NCBI GenBank assembly: GCA_965250285.1
Contig: OZ252299.1
Span: forward strand, 4,384,001-4,448,000
Length of the DNA stretch: 64,000 nt
Origin: Myxococcota bacterium
Lineage (GTDB): Bacteria; Myxococcota_A; UBA9160; UBA4427
Direction: 5' to 3'
Under the pieces are notes generated by a model. The model made no database searches and was not told the DNA's origin. It worked only from the letters and a program-made list of their open reading frames with translations. The position numbers were made by a program, and so were the translations under genes. Shown piece after piece: positions 10,350 to 20,924 of the stretch. The stretch's first letter is position 1, and each line of letters opens with the position of its first letter.

Positions 10350-11042
10350 TCAGTCGTCGATCCGAACGGGCGGGTCGGTGTAGCTGCTGCGCGCGGCGAT
10401 CACGTCGTCGGGCGTCTCGACCACCGCCTTGTACATCGCCTCGGGATAGCCGCGCATCCACGGCTTCTCTGGGTCGAACGCCGGCTGCGCGACCGCGCCG
10501 CCCTGCGACTCGAACGGCGCGGGCTCGCGGTAGCGCGCGAGCTCGTCGCTCGAGATGCCTGCGAGGTCGACCACCTCGGGGTCGATCCACGCCCGAGCGT
10601 CGATCGGCTCTGCCGACACGGCGACCTCGAGCGAGAGGTCTTCGGGGCCCGCAAAGTACATCGACTTGCACATCCCATGATCGATCGGCCCGATGACGGT
10701 CACGCCGCGCGAGCGGATCCGGTCGCGCAGTGCGAGCTGCTCTTCTTCGGTGTCGACGTTGAATGCGACGTGCTGCATGGCGCCGCCCGCGACCGGCTCG
10801 CCCGCGTTGCCCGAATGGGTCACGCCGAGCTCGCGCTCGATCGAAGCAACCCCCGGCGTGAAGACGAAGGCCACCGAACAGTGGTCGTTCAGCTTCATGA
10901 AGCCATGCCAGGCGCCCTCGACCCCGTGCATCCAGTAGAGCGCGACGAGCTCCATCCCGAGGACGTCGCTGAAGAACTCGATCTGCCGCTTCATGTCGGC
11001 GGTGGCGATCGCCAGATGGTGGACACCGTTGGTCAGCCCCAT
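10350..11042 (-). CDS. VOC family protein
   Basis: GVHHLAIAT, MQHVAFNV, DHGMCKSMYFAGPE. Confidence 0.85.
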   Translation of the reverse strand: MGLTNGVHHLAIATADMKRQIEFFSDVLGMELVALYWMHGVEGAWHGFMKLNDHCSVAFVFTPGVASIERELGVTHSGNAGEPVAGGAMQHVAFNVDTEEEQLALRDRIRSRGVTVIGPIDHGMCKSMYFAGPEDLSLEVAVSAEPIDARAWIDPEVVDLAGISSDELARYREPAPFESQGGAVAQPAFDPEKPWMRGYPEAMYKAVVETPDDVIAARSSYTDPPVRIDD

Positions 11043-11215
11043 GGTGGCTCCTTCGCTCGAAGGGCGGCGCTCGAACGCCGCCGGTCCTCGGGAGGCTGCC
11101 ATACGCACGCGACGCTTGCCCCCGCGATCCCTCTGCGCGCAGAGTCGAAGGCGTCTACGCTCATTTCGAGCGCGGGCGGCAGGCCGCCGGCCTCTCGCCG
11201 GGGAGCTGACACGCC

Positions 11216-13429
11216 ATGTCGATGCGTCGCTTGCTGCTCGCACTCAGCCTCGGGGCGGCGCTCGGGCTGGTCGTGCTCTACGCGGCGGGCAGCGGCCGTT
11301 TCGGCTCGCCCGTCGTGGGTGGGCTGCCCGCCGCCGAGCGCGTCGATCGCGGGCAGGTCGAAGCCCGCGCGGCGCGCGACCGCGCCGCCGCTCGCGAGAT
11401 CGGCGCCCCGGCCCAGAAGCAGATCCTCTTCGGCGACCTCCACGTGCACTCGGGCTTCTCGCTCGATGCCCTGGCGGCCGGCGTGCTCGCCGGCAACGAG
11501 CCGTACACCGTCGCCGATGCCTGCGACTTCGCGCGCTACTGCTCGGCCCTCGACTTCTGGTCGATCAACGATCACGCGATGAACCTCACCCCGCGGCGCT
11601 GGAGCGAGACGATCGACGCCGTGCGTGCGTGTGACGCGCGCAGCGCAGGCCCTGGCCCGCTCGATCTCGTGTCGTTTCTCGGCTGGGAGTGGACGCAAAT
11701 GGGCACGCGACCCGAGAACCACTACGGCCACAAGAATGTGGTGCTGCGCGACCTCGACGACGCGCACATCCCCACACGCCCGATCGCGGCCGATTCACCG
11801 AGCGGCAATCCGTTCGACCTGCCGCCGCCGCTGGCCCTCGGCGCCCTGGCCGCGACGCGCGGCTTCGAGCAGGTCGTGCTCGACGCGCCCGCTTCGTTTC
11901 GCGAGATGGCCGACGTCGAGCGCTGCCCCGACGGCGTCGCGGTGCGCGCGCTCCCCGATGACTGTCGAGAGTGGGCGGCGACTCCGGCCGAGCTCTTCGC
12001 CAAGCTCGATGATTGGGGGTTCGCGTCGATCGTGATCCCGCACGGCACGACCTGGGGCAACTACACGCCGCCGGGTTCGAGCTTCAGCCGGCAGCTCAGC
12101 GGCGATCAGCACGACCCCGAGCGCCAAAGACTGGTCGAGATCTTCTCGGGCCATGGCAACGCCGAACCCGATCGCCCGTGGCGCGCGGCGGTCTTCGAAG
12201 ACGTCGAAGGGGTGACGGATCCGGTCTGCCCCGAGCCGGGCGACGGCTACGTGCCGTCGTGCTGGCAGGCCGGTGAGATCGTCCGCAAGCGATGTCTTGC
12301 AGAGGGAGCGGACGAAGCCGAATGCGAGTCGCGCGCCGTCGAGGCGCGGCGGCTCTTCCTCGAGGCACCCGGCGGCACCGGCCATCTCGCCGTCGGAGGC
12401 TACGACCCAGCCGAGTGGGGCGACGCGGGGCAGTGCCGTGACTGCTTCCTCGCTGCTTTCAATCACCGTCCGGGATCCTCGGTGCAGGCGATGCTCTCGG
12501 CCCGCGAGCCCGACACCGGCGCTCGCTTTCGCTTCGGTGTCATCGGCTCGAGCGACACCCACACGTCGCGCGCCGGCTCGGGCTACAAAGAAACGGCTCG
12601 CGTCGACATGACCGACGCGAGCCTGGCCACCGCGACGCTCGCGCTGCTCTCGCGCGGGGCCGGCCCGGCGCGGGCCGAGACCGTCGAGCTCGAAGGCGTC
12701 GGCCCGGCCGAGCGGGCCGAGGTCGAGCGCATGGCCTCCTTCTTCTACACGGGCGGTCTCGCTGCGGTGCACGCGAGCGATCGCAGCCGCGGCGCGATCT
12801 GGGAGGCGCTCGAGCGGCGCGAGGTGTACGGCACCAGCGGTCCGCGCATCCTGCTCTGGTTCGATCTCATCGACGCGACCGATGCGGTCATCGTCCCGAT
12901 GGGCGGCCAGGTCGCGACGCACGAGACGCCGCGCTTCCGCGTGCGCGCCGTCGGGTCGTTCGAGCAGGCGCCGGGCTGTCCCGACCACGCCGTGCGCGGT
13001 CTGGGCCCGGATTCACTCGACCGGCTCTGCCGCGGGGAGTGCGCGAACCCGACCGAGACCCGACGTCCGATCACCCGCATCGAAGTCGTGCGCATCGAAC
13101 CGAAGGCCGGCCCGGGCAACGCGCTGAGCGCATTGATCGAAGACCCGTGGCGGGTGCTCGAGTGCGACGCTGCGGCGCCGGGATGCGCCGTCGAATTCGA
13201 GGACGCGAGCTATGCGACCGGAGCGCGCGACGTCGTCTACTACGTCCGGGCGATCGAAGCACCGAAGCCCACGATCAATGCCGGGGGGCTGCGGTGCGTG
13301 GTCGGCGACGACGGCGCCTGCGTCGAAGCGAACCCCTGCGTCGGCGTCCCCGAAGAAGACGACTGCCTCGTCGCCGCCGAGCCGCGCGCCTGGTCGTCGC
13401 CGATCTTCGTCGACTGGGCGCGGCGCTGA
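11216..13429 (+). CDS. DUF3604 domain (PHP-like metallohydrolase) protein
   Basis: FGDLHVHSGFSLDA, GSSDTH, YGTSGPRI, YYVRAIE, RAWSSPIF; N-terminal TM segment. Confidence 0.82.
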   Translation: MSMRRLLLALSLGAALGLVVLYAAGSGRFGSPVVGGLPAAERVDRGQVEARAARDRAAAREIGAPAQKQILFGDLHVHSGFSLDALAAGVLAGNEPYTVADACDFARYCSALDFWSINDHAMNLTPRRWSETIDAVRACDARSAGPGPLDLVSFLGWEWTQMGTRPENHYGHKNVVLRDLDDAHIPTRPIAADSPSGNPFDLPPPLALGALAATRGFEQVVLDAPASFREMADVERCPDGVAVRALPDDCREWAATPAELFAKLDDWGFASIVIPHGTTWGNYTPPGSSFSRQLSGDQHDPERQRLVEIFSGHGNAEPDRPWRAAVFEDVEGVTDPVCPEPGDGYVPSCWQAGEIVRKRCLAEGADEAECESRAVEARRLFLEAPGGTGHLAVGGYDPAEWGDAGQCRDCFLAAFNHRPGSSVQAMLSAREPDTGARFRFGVIGSSDTHTSRAGSGYKETARVDMTDASLATATLALLSRGAGPARAETVELEGVGPAERAEVERMASFFYTGGLAAVHASDRSRGAIWEALERREVYGTSGPRILLWFDLIDATDAVIVPMGGQVATHETPRFRVRAVGSFEQAPGCPDHAVRGLGPDSLDRLCRGECANPTETRRPITRIEVVRIEPKAGPGNALSALIEDPWRVLECDAAAPGCAVEFEDASYATGARDVVYYVRAIEAPKPTINAGGLRCVVGDDGACVEANPCVGVPEEDDCLVAAEPRAWSSPIFVDWARR

Positions 13430-13531
13430 CCTGAAGCACGCCGGAAGCGAATTCGTGGGCGGGCCTCTTCGCATATGCGAAGCTGCCCACACACGAGGTC
13501 ACCTCAGCCCATCGCCACAGGAGCCTTCCTG

Positions 13532-14728
13532 ATGCAGCAAACGCCCCAGATTCAGGATTGGGTCATCGACGTCGACACCCACGTCACCGAGCCTGGCGAC
13601 GTGTGGACCAGCCGACTGCCGAAGCGGTTTCAGGACCGCGCACCGCACATCGTCCGCAACCCCGAGACACAGATGGATGCGTGGCAGATCGGTGGCCAGG
13701 ACACGTTCCTGCCCGTCGGGTTCACGGCCGTGGCAGGCTGGCCCGAGCCCTTCCCTGCTGCGCCGAAGAACATGGACGAGGTGCCCGCCGCATCGTACGA
13801 CGCGAGCGCCCGCCTCGAGTACATGGATCGAGTGGGGATCTGGGCCATGGCGCTCTACCCGAACGTCGGGGGCTTCGGCAGCCAGGCGTTCCTCAAGCTC
13901 GGCGACCCCGAGCTGATGCTCGCGTGCGTGCAGGCCTACAACGATTTTCTGATCGACTGGATCGCGCCCGATCCGCGTCGCTTCATCCCCGTGATGGCGA
14001 CACCCTTCTGGGACGTCGAGGCCTCGGTCAAGGAGATCGAGCGCTGCGCCAAGCTGGGCCACAAGGCCGTGCTCTTCAGCGGCGAGCCCCAGGCCCACGA
14101 CATGCCGATCCTCGGCAACCCGCACTGGGATCCCCTGTGGTCGGCCGCCCAGGCCTGCGATCTACCGATCAGCTTTCACATCGGCACGGGCAACTTCGAT
14201 GACGGGTTCACGCCCGAGCGCTTCGAGATGATGGGTGCGGGCTGCATGAACGGCTTCGCCGCGATCTCGCTCTTCCTCGACAACGGCAAGCAGCTGACCG
14301 ACCTGCTCTTCTCGGGCGTGTTGCCGCGCTTCCCCGACCTCAAGTTCGTCTCGGTCGAGTCGGGCATCGGCTTCATCCCGTTCATCCTCGAAGCCGCCGA
14401 CTACACGTTCGAGTACGGCAAGGTGCGACAGACCAACCCCGAGTTCGAGCTCAAGCCCAGCGAGTACTTCCAGCGCCAGGTCTACGGGTGCTACATCTTC
14501 GAAGAGCATGCACCGCGTGAGCTGCTCGACACCATCGGCGCCGACAACGTGATGTTCGAGACCGACTATCCCCACCCGGTCTGCCTCTACGGCAACGTCC
14601 GCGAGAAGATCGACGCCGCCCTCGGCGACTCGAGCGACGAGGTGCGGCGAAAGGTGCTCTGGGAGAACGCGGCGAAGCTCTACAAGGTCGATGCACCCGA
14701 CGTCGCGCCGCCCGTGCCGGCCGGCTGA
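13532..14728 (+). CDS. Amidohydrolase_2 family protein
   Basis: IDVDTHVTEP, FHIG, VESGIG, FETDYPH. Confidence 0.9.
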   Translation: MQQTPQIQDWVIDVDTHVTEPGDVWTSRLPKRFQDRAPHIVRNPETQMDAWQIGGQDTFLPVGFTAVAGWPEPFPAAPKNMDEVPAASYDASARLEYMDRVGIWAMALYPNVGGFGSQAFLKLGDPELMLACVQAYNDFLIDWIAPDPRRFIPVMATPFWDVEASVKEIERCAKLGHKAVLFSGEPQAHDMPILGNPHWDPLWSAAQACDLPISFHIGTGNFDDGFTPERFEMMGAGCMNGFAAISLFLDNGKQLTDLLFSGVLPRFPDLKFVSVESGIGFIPFILEAADYTFEYGKVRQTNPEFELKPSEYFQRQVYGCYIFEEHAPRELLDTIGADNVMFETDYPHPVCLYGNVREKIDAALGDSSDEVRRKVLWENAAKLYKVDAPDVAPPVPAG

Positions 14729-14769
14729 CGAGGCGACGCGCGCATCATGGCACTTCGGCCGCTCTCTTC

Positions 14770-15633
14770 GTGGAGACCCCATCGATGATCGAGATCAGCC
14801 CCACGCAGCCCTTCGGTGCCGTGATCGAGGGCATCGACCTGACGCGCCCGATCTCGGCGGCGGACGTCGACGCGATCCGTTCGGCCTTCGCCGAGCATCA
14901 CGTGCTGGTCTTTCCCGACCAGCCGATGGATGACGACGACCTCGAACGCTTCTCGCTGTACATGGGGGATCTCGGCGAGGATCCGTGGTTCCCGCCCATC
15001 GAGGGCCGCAAGTACATCGCCGAGCTGTGTCGCGCAGCCGACGAGACGTCGCCGATCTTCGCCGAAGGCTGGCACTCCGACTGGAGCTTCCTCGAGAAGC
15101 CGCCGATGGCGACGTGCCTGCTCGGGCTCGAGATTCCGCCTGAAGGGGGCGACACGCTCTTCGCCGATCAGCACCTGGCGTACGCATCGCTCCCCGACGA
15201 CCTCCGAGCCCAGGTCGATGCGCTCACGGCGAAGCACACGACCAACGGCATCTACGGTGCAGGCGGCATCTACGACGGCGGGCGCGACGAAGAGCAGTCG
15301 CGCACGATGAAGATCGTGCAGTCGGACGCCCCCGCGATGACCGGCGAGCATCCCTTCGTGCGCATGCACGAAGAGAACGGGCAGCCCGCCCTGTTCTCGA
15401 CCCTCGGCTACGTGCAGGGCTTCGTCGGCGTCGAGCCCGCAGAGGCATTCGCGCTGCTGAAGGAGATCCAGCGGTACCAGACGGCCGAAGAGGTCACGCT
15501 GCGCCACCGCTGGGCGCCGAACATGCTCGTCATGTGGGACAACCGCAGCGTCCTGCACCGCGCGACGGGCGGCTACGACGGCTACGCGCGCGTTCTGCAT
15601 CGCACGACCGTGATGGCGCGCGCGGCCGAGTAG
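14770..15633 (+). CDS. TauD/TfdA family Fe(II)/2-oxoglutarate dioxygenase
   Basis: WHSD (HxD), GGDTLFA, WDNRSVLHRA. Confidence 0.9.
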   Translation: METPSMIEISPTQPFGAVIEGIDLTRPISAADVDAIRSAFAEHHVLVFPDQPMDDDDLERFSLYMGDLGEDPWFPPIEGRKYIAELCRAADETSPIFAEGWHSDWSFLEKPPMATCLLGLEIPPEGGDTLFADQHLAYASLPDDLRAQVDALTAKHTTNGIYGAGGIYDGGRDEEQSRTMKIVQSDAPAMTGEHPFVRMHEENGQPALFSTLGYVQGFVGVEPAEAFALLKEIQRYQTAEEVTLRHRWAPNMLVMWDNRSVLHRATGGYDGYARVLHRTTVMARAAE

Positions 15634-15740
15634 CGCCCGAAGAGCGTTCTCCGCACCCCACCGCGACCACCACCCCACACGGCCGAGCTGGCCCGCGCGG
15701 CCAGCTCGGTCGTGTGGCGGCGCGTCCTCGATGGCATATT

Positions 15741-15759
15741 ATTGCATACGATGTGCTAT
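15741..15759. promoter_or_regulatory. AT-rich imperfect inverted repeat, candidate TetR operator
   Basis: ATTGCAT-ACGAT-GTGCTAT in an unusually AT-rich patch about 40 nt upstream of an operon containing a TetR gene. Confidence 0.4.
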
Positions 15760-15799
15760 ATGTTCGGTTCCCGGTCGTTCGAACCCAGCGAGGATCCCC

Positions 15800-16885
15800 A
15801 TGCCCCCCTCCGATCGCCCCTACGTCTTTCATGCCTTCGAGGTGTCGTACTTCTCGGCCAAGGTCCGCTCGGCCCTGCGCTACAAGCAGCTCTGGGTCGA
15901 CGAAGTGCACGCCGACTATCCGCTGATCCAGGAACGCACGGGCCACGCCTTCATCCCGATGGTGATCACGCCTGACGACGAAGCCTGGCAGGATTCGACG
16001 GACATCTACGACAAGCTCGAGGCGCGTCACCCCGAACCGCCGCTCTTTCCCGCCACCCCCGTCCAGCGCATCGCAGCACACCTGATCGAGATCTACGTCG
16101 ACGAGTTCGCGCTGATTCCGGCCATGCACTATCGCTGGGGCAGCGAGCTCGGCGAAGCGTCGGCGCGCGCACGCTTCATCGCGATGGTCGGCAATGAAGA
16201 GTTCGGCACCCAGGCCGCGAAGCGAATGGCCGGCGCGCGGATCATGCTCGGCGCGACCGATGACACCGCCGAACCGATCGAAGCGCACACGACCGACCTG
16301 CTCGCGGCATTGTCGACCCACTTCCAGGCCCATCGCTACCTGCTGGGTGAACGCATGTCATTCGCCGACTGCGCGCTGATGGGCCCGATCGACGGGCACT
16401 TCTTCACCGATCTGGTGTCGCGCAAGCTCCTGCTCGAAACGGCTCGGCCCGTCGTCGGCTGGATCGAGCGTTGCAATCACCCGAATCGCCCGCCGCAGGG
16501 GGAATGGCTCGGCGACGACGCGCTCGCCCCGACACTGCGCGAGGCACTCTCGGTGATGGGCGGCGACGCGGTACCGACGGTGCTCGAGGGCCTCGACGTC
16601 TTCGAGCGCTGGGCCGATACGGGTGCAAGCGGTGGCGAGCCGCTGCCCCGTGCCGTCGGCACGATCGAAAGCCAGCTGCGGGGCGTGCCGCTCACTCGCT
16701 TTGCCGGCAGCTACGCTCCCTTCCTCGTCCAGCGTGTGCTCGACGACTACGGGGCGCTCGACGCGAGCGGCCGAAAGCAGGTCGACGAAGCCCTCGCCGG
16801 CACGGGCTGGGAGCCGCTGCTCGCGCACGAGCCGCGCCATCGCGTGATCAAGCGCAACTTCGACCTCTACCTCGACGACGCGTGA
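15800..16885 (+). CDS. Glutathione S-transferase-like protein
   Basis: SYFSAKVRSALRYK, IPMV, QDST, RYLLGERMSFADCALMG. Confidence 0.82.
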   Translation: MPPSDRPYVFHAFEVSYFSAKVRSALRYKQLWVDEVHADYPLIQERTGHAFIPMVITPDDEAWQDSTDIYDKLEARHPEPPLFPATPVQRIAAHLIEIYVDEFALIPAMHYRWGSELGEASARARFIAMVGNEEFGTQAAKRMAGARIMLGATDDTAEPIEAHTTDLLAALSTHFQAHRYLLGERMSFADCALMGPIDGHFFTDLVSRKLLLETARPVVGWIERCNHPNRPPQGEWLGDDALAPTLREALSVMGGDAVPTVLEGLDVFERWADTGASGGEPLPRAVGTIESQLRGVPLTRFAGSYAPFLVQRVLDDYGALDASGRKQVDEALAGTGWEPLLAHEPRHRVIKRNFDLYLDDA

Positions 16886-16908
16886 CGCCCCCGCTTCAGG
16901 AGAACCCC

Positions 16909-18000
16909 ATGGCCCATCCCAACGGTCTCGACTTCCTCGTGAACAAGAAAGAGTGGAGCCAGCACCGCTTCGAAGAGCCCGCGGCGCCCGCGGTCGGCGA
17001 CGGTCAGGTGCTGTTTCGCATCGACCGCTTCGCGCTGACGGCCAACAACATCTCGTACGCGCTCTCGGGCGACATGATCGGCTACTGGCGCTTCTTCCTC
17101 GCCCCCGAAGGCTGGGGCCGCATCCCGGTCATGGGCTTCGCGGACGTCATCGAATCGAGTCACCCCGAAGTCGAGGTCGGCACACGCTGCTTCGGCTTCT
17201 ATCCGATGTCGCGCTACCTCGTGATCGAGCCGAGCTCGGTGAGCGCGGGCAGCATCGTCGATGGGGCGGCCCACCGAGACGGCATCGCCCCGGTCTACAA
17301 CACCTACAACCCGGCGAGCGGCGATGCCCTCTACCAGCCCGATCACGAAGACGCCCTGATGCTGATGCGTGGTCTCTTCATGACCTCGTTCCTGGCCGAC
17401 GACTTCGTGACCGACCGCGGCTTCGGCGAAGAGGCCGTATTGATCTCGAGCGCCTCGAGCAAGACGTCGATCGCACTCGGCCACTGCGTTTCGTCCGCCG
17501 GCCGGGCGCAGGCCGTCGGGCTCACGTCGAATCGCAACCTCGAGTTCGTGCGCAAGCTCGGCTGCTATGACGAGGTGCTGACGTACGACGACGTGAAGTC
17601 GCTCGACGCGAACCGGCCGACCGTGTTCGTCGACATGGCCGGCAACGCCGCCGTGCGCCGCGCGATCCACGAGCACCTCGGCGACCAGCTGAAGCACTCG
17701 TGCACCATCGGCGCCACGCACTGGGACGCGACCGGAGGCGACGAAGATCTGCCCGGGCCGAAGCCCGAATTCTTCTTTGCGCCGGGCCAGATCCAGAAGC
17801 GATCGGCCGAGTGGGGCCCGGCCGAGCTGCAGCGACGGCTCGGGGCCGCATGGGAGGGCTTCCGCAGCTTCAGCGAGGGCTGGCTCGAGGTGAAGCGCGG
17901 CCACGGACGCGACGATCTCGTCCGCGTCTACGAAGACACCCTCGCGGGCCGAGCCGAGCCGCAGCACGGCCACGTGCTCTCGCTCTGGGATGCGGCGTGA
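16909..18000 (+). CDS. DUF2855 family protein
   Basis: FALTANNISYA, YWRFF, SSASSKTS, GATHW, FFAP. Confidence 0.8.
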   Translation: MAHPNGLDFLVNKKEWSQHRFEEPAAPAVGDGQVLFRIDRFALTANNISYALSGDMIGYWRFFLAPEGWGRIPVMGFADVIESSHPEVEVGTRCFGFYPMSRYLVIEPSSVSAGSIVDGAAHRDGIAPVYNTYNPASGDALYQPDHEDALMLMRGLFMTSFLADDFVTDRGFGEEAVLISSASSKTSIALGHCVSSAGRAQAVGLTSNRNLEFVRKLGCYDEVLTYDDVKSLDANRPTVFVDMAGNAAVRRAIHEHLGDQLKHSCTIGATHWDATGGDEDLPGPKPEFFFAPGQIQKRSAEWGPAELQRRLGAAWEGFRSFSEGWLEVKRGHGRDDLVRVYEDTLAGRAEPQHGHVLSLWDAA

Positions 18001-18608
18001 CACGCTCGGCCGCGAAGACGTCGGTCGAGACCGACGGGCGACGCCTGCGCTCGGAGCGCAGTCGCGAAGCGATCGCCGAGGCGCTCTTCGAGCTGATCGG
18101 CGAAGGCCACGCCGTCCCGACCGCACAGCAGGTCGCCGAGCGCGCGGGGGTCGGGATTCGCACGGTGTTTCGGCTCTTCAACGACATGGAGGAGCTGTAC
18201 GCCACGCTCGACGCGCGGCTGATCGCCGAGGTCGAACCGACCCTGCGCGACGCACCGCCCGAAGGTGAGCCGCTGCGACAACGCGCCGCCTCGCTGGTGC
18301 AGGATCGAACCAGCCTCTACGAACGCATCGCCCCCTACAAGCGAGCGTCGACCTCGAAACGCGGCCAATCGCCCTTCCTCATGAAGCAGCACCGCAAGCT
18401 CGTGTGCACCCTGCGCGATCGGCTGCTGCGCTGGCTGCCCGAGCTGCGCGAGGCGCCGGCCGACCTGCGAGACGCCCTCGAGCAGGTCACCTCGTTCGAA
18501 GCCTGGGACCGCCTGCGCATCGATCAGGGCCTGTCTCGCCCCCGTACCCGCGCGGCCATGGAGCGCGCCGTGATGGCCCTGGTCGACGAGCTGGAGAGAT
18601 CGACATGA
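17997..18608 (+). CDS. TetR/AcrR family transcriptional regulator
   Basis: DGRRLRSERSREAI, VAERAGVGIRTVFRLF HTH; GTGA overlap with upstream stop. Confidence 0.88.
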   Translation: MTRSAAKTSVETDGRRLRSERSREAIAEALFELIGEGHAVPTAQQVAERAGVGIRTVFRLFNDMEELYATLDARLIAEVEPTLRDAPPEGEPLRQRAASLVQDRTSLYERIAPYKRASTSKRGQSPFLMKQHRKLVCTLRDRLLRWLPELREAPADLRDALEQVTSFEAWDRLRIDQGLSRPRTRAAMERAVMALVDELERST

Positions 18609-19510
18609 AGGTGCTTCGCACGCCCGACCAACGCTTCGAAGGGCTCGAGGGCTACGACTTCGAGCCGCACTACACCACGATCGAGGATGCGGACGGAACC
18701 CCGATCCGCATTCACCACATCGACGAGGGCCCGCGCGACGGCGCGCCCGTGCTGCTGATGCACGGCAACCCGACCTGGGCGTACCTCTATCGAAACTTCG
18801 TCCCGCGGCTCGCGGCCGCGGGGCATCGCGTGATCGCCGTCGACCTCGTCGGCTGCGGGCGCTCGGACAAGCCGGCCGAGCGCGCCGACTACACCCAGGC
18901 CCGCCACGTCGACTGGCTCACGCAGTGGCTCACCGCGCTGGATCTGAACGACACGACCCTCTTCTGCCAGGACTGGGGCGGCACGCTGGGTCTCCACCTC
19001 GTCGCTCACCATCCCGAGCGCTTCGCCCGGGTCGTCGCCGCCAACACGGGGCTGCCGCTCGGCGAGGGCGAGAGCGCGTTCATGAAGATGTGGGTCGGCA
19101 TGATGCGCGAGGCCGAGCAGTTCCCGTTCCAGCAGATGCTGCCGACCGGCATGACGCACGAGCTCACGCCCGGCGAGTTCGATGCGTACCTTGCGCCCTT
19201 CCCCGATCCCTCGTACGAAGCGGCCCTCTGCATCTTTCCGATGCTGATCGCCGTGCAGCCCGACAACCCGGGCGTGCCGGGCAACCGCGAGGCATGGGCC
19301 CGGCTCGGCACCTTCGAGAAGCCCTTTCTCACGCTCTTCGGAGCAAAGGATCCCGTCACCCAGGGCGGTGAGAAGGCGCTCATCGCCCACGTCCCCGGCG
19401 CCGCGGGCCAGCCTCATCACGTGTTTCCCGACGCCAGTCATTTCATTCAAGAAGACGTTCCCGACGAGCTCGTCGACCGCATGCTCGACTTCATCGGTTC
19501 GACGAGCTGA
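18605..19510 (+). CDS. Haloalkane dehalogenase
   Basis: LRTPD, HGNPTWAYLY, nucleophile motif QDWGG, HFIQED. Confidence 0.9.
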   Translation: MKVLRTPDQRFEGLEGYDFEPHYTTIEDADGTPIRIHHIDEGPRDGAPVLLMHGNPTWAYLYRNFVPRLAAAGHRVIAVDLVGCGRSDKPAERADYTQARHVDWLTQWLTALDLNDTTLFCQDWGGTLGLHLVAHHPERFARVVAANTGLPLGEGESAFMKMWVGMMREAEQFPFQQMLPTGMTHELTPGEFDAYLAPFPDPSYEAALCIFPMLIAVQPDNPGVPGNREAWARLGTFEKPFLTLFGAKDPVTQGGEKALIAHVPGAAGQPHHVFPDASHFIQEDVPDELVDRMLDFIGSTS

Positions 19511-19571
19511 GTCGGCTCGCATCCCCAAGCGAGGCGTACGCTTTGCCCCCGTCCACCAGAGAGGAAGCCCC

Positions 19572-20180
19572 ATGCTCGTCGTTCACTTCGCACCCAACTC
19601 ACGCGCCGGTCGCATCATCTGGCTGCTCGAAGAGCTCGGCCTCGAGTACGAGGTCAACAAGATGGCCTTCCACCCGAAAGACCTGAAGTCGGACGCGCAT
19701 CGCGCGCGACACCCGCTCGGCCGCATCCCCGTGCTCGACGACGGCGACGTCTCGATCTACGAGTCGGGCGCCATCATCGAGTACGTCATGGCCCGGTACG
19801 GCGACGGCGGCCTCAAGCCCGCCGTCGACGCGAAGGAGTTCCCCGAGTACCTGCAGTGGTTCCACTACTGCGAGGGGATGGTAATGCCGCCGATCAACAC
19901 GATCATGGTGCACTCGGTGCTGCTCCCGCCCGAGCGCCGCGACGCCACCGTGCTCGCGCAGGCGCAGAAGCTGCTCGGCCGCGCCGTCGCGCCCGTCGAC
20001 GAGGCGCTGGCCGGGCGCGACTACCTCGTCGGCGACTTCACCGCCGCCGACATCATGCTCGGTCACTCGCTCTTCATGTCGAATCGGCTGGGCCAGGTGT
20101 CGGACGAGATGGCCAACCTCAAGGCCTACGTCGGCCGCATCGAGGCGCGGCCCGCCTTCCAGAAGGCGATCACGATGTAG
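19572..20180 (+). CDS. Glutathione S-transferase
   Basis: SRAGRIIWLLEELG, HPLGRIPVL, ESGAI, FTAADIM. Confidence 0.9.
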   Translation: MLVVHFAPNSRAGRIIWLLEELGLEYEVNKMAFHPKDLKSDAHRARHPLGRIPVLDDGDVSIYESGAIIEYVMARYGDGGLKPAVDAKEFPEYLQWFHYCEGMVMPPINTIMVHSVLLPPERRDATVLAQAQKLLGRAVAPVDEALAGRDYLVGDFTAADIMLGHSLFMSNRLGQVSDEMANLKAYVGRIEARPAFQKAITM

Positions 20181-20182
20181 TC

Positions 20183-20206
20183 GGGCCGCCCGGTTCGGGG
20201 CGGCCC
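20183..20206 (+). terminator. GC-rich hairpin right after the GST stop codon
   Basis: GGGCCGCCC-GGTTCG-GGGCGGCCC; no U tract. Confidence 0.4.
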
Positions 20207-20237
20207 CGAGGAGTGCACGCGTGTCGAGCCGACGCCC

Positions 20238-20924
20238 ATGACGAAGTGGCTGCTTCGCATCGCGCTCGCCCTGGTGGTGTTCTTTGCCTGGGCGTTCTGG
20301 CTGATCTTTCTCTCGTCGCGTCCACCGAACACGACCGACCCGGCCACCTTGGCGGGCGATGGCAGCGCGCTCGACTACTGCGCCCTCCCCGTGCTCGACG
20401 GCCAAGGCAAGCGCGCGAGCGAGATCCCGAAAGGCAACACGCCGGGCTGCAGCTACACACACTTCCCGCTGCCGATCCTCGCCGAGTGCACCGAGCCGCT
20501 CGCCTTCGGGGCGAGCGACATCCGCGGCCTGTGGGTCGGCGTCGAGGGGCGGCACACGGGCCACGTCGAGCGGATCGAACAGTGCGGGGCGCGCACGGTC
20601 GTGACGTCTTCGGGCATCATCCACGACGCCGGACCGAACAGCACGCTCGGCGAGACGACGAACGATACTGAAGGCGGTGTGCTCTTCATGGTCGGTGAAC
20701 GCGAGTACTGCCCGCGCACATCGGCCAGCATGGTCTGGAACGACGGCGTGCTCGACTTCCACGTCTTCGGCTGGGGGCCGGTGGTCGTGCAGCGCTATCT
20801 CGAAGGCGAGCAGCTCGTGTGGGCGTACGCGGACGGCAGCGTCACGCGCATGGATCGGATCTGCACGCTGCCCGAGAGCGCGCGCGTGCCCGCGTCGCGC
20901 GGGCGCCGGGTGCAGATCTTCTGA
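20238..20924 (+). CDS. Hypothetical membrane-anchored, Cys-containing protein
   Basis: N-terminal TM helix, several Cys, coding-like GC3 bias. Confidence 0.65.
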   Translation: MTKWLLRIALALVVFFAWAFWLIFLSSRPPNTTDPATLAGDGSALDYCALPVLDGQGKRASEIPKGNTPGCSYTHFPLPILAECTEPLAFGASDIRGLWVGVEGRHTGHVERIEQCGARTVVTSSGIIHDAGPNSTLGETTNDTEGGVLFMVGEREYCPRTSASMVWNDGVLDFHVFGWGPVVVQRYLEGEQLVWAYADGSVTRMDRICTLPESARVPASRGRRVQIF

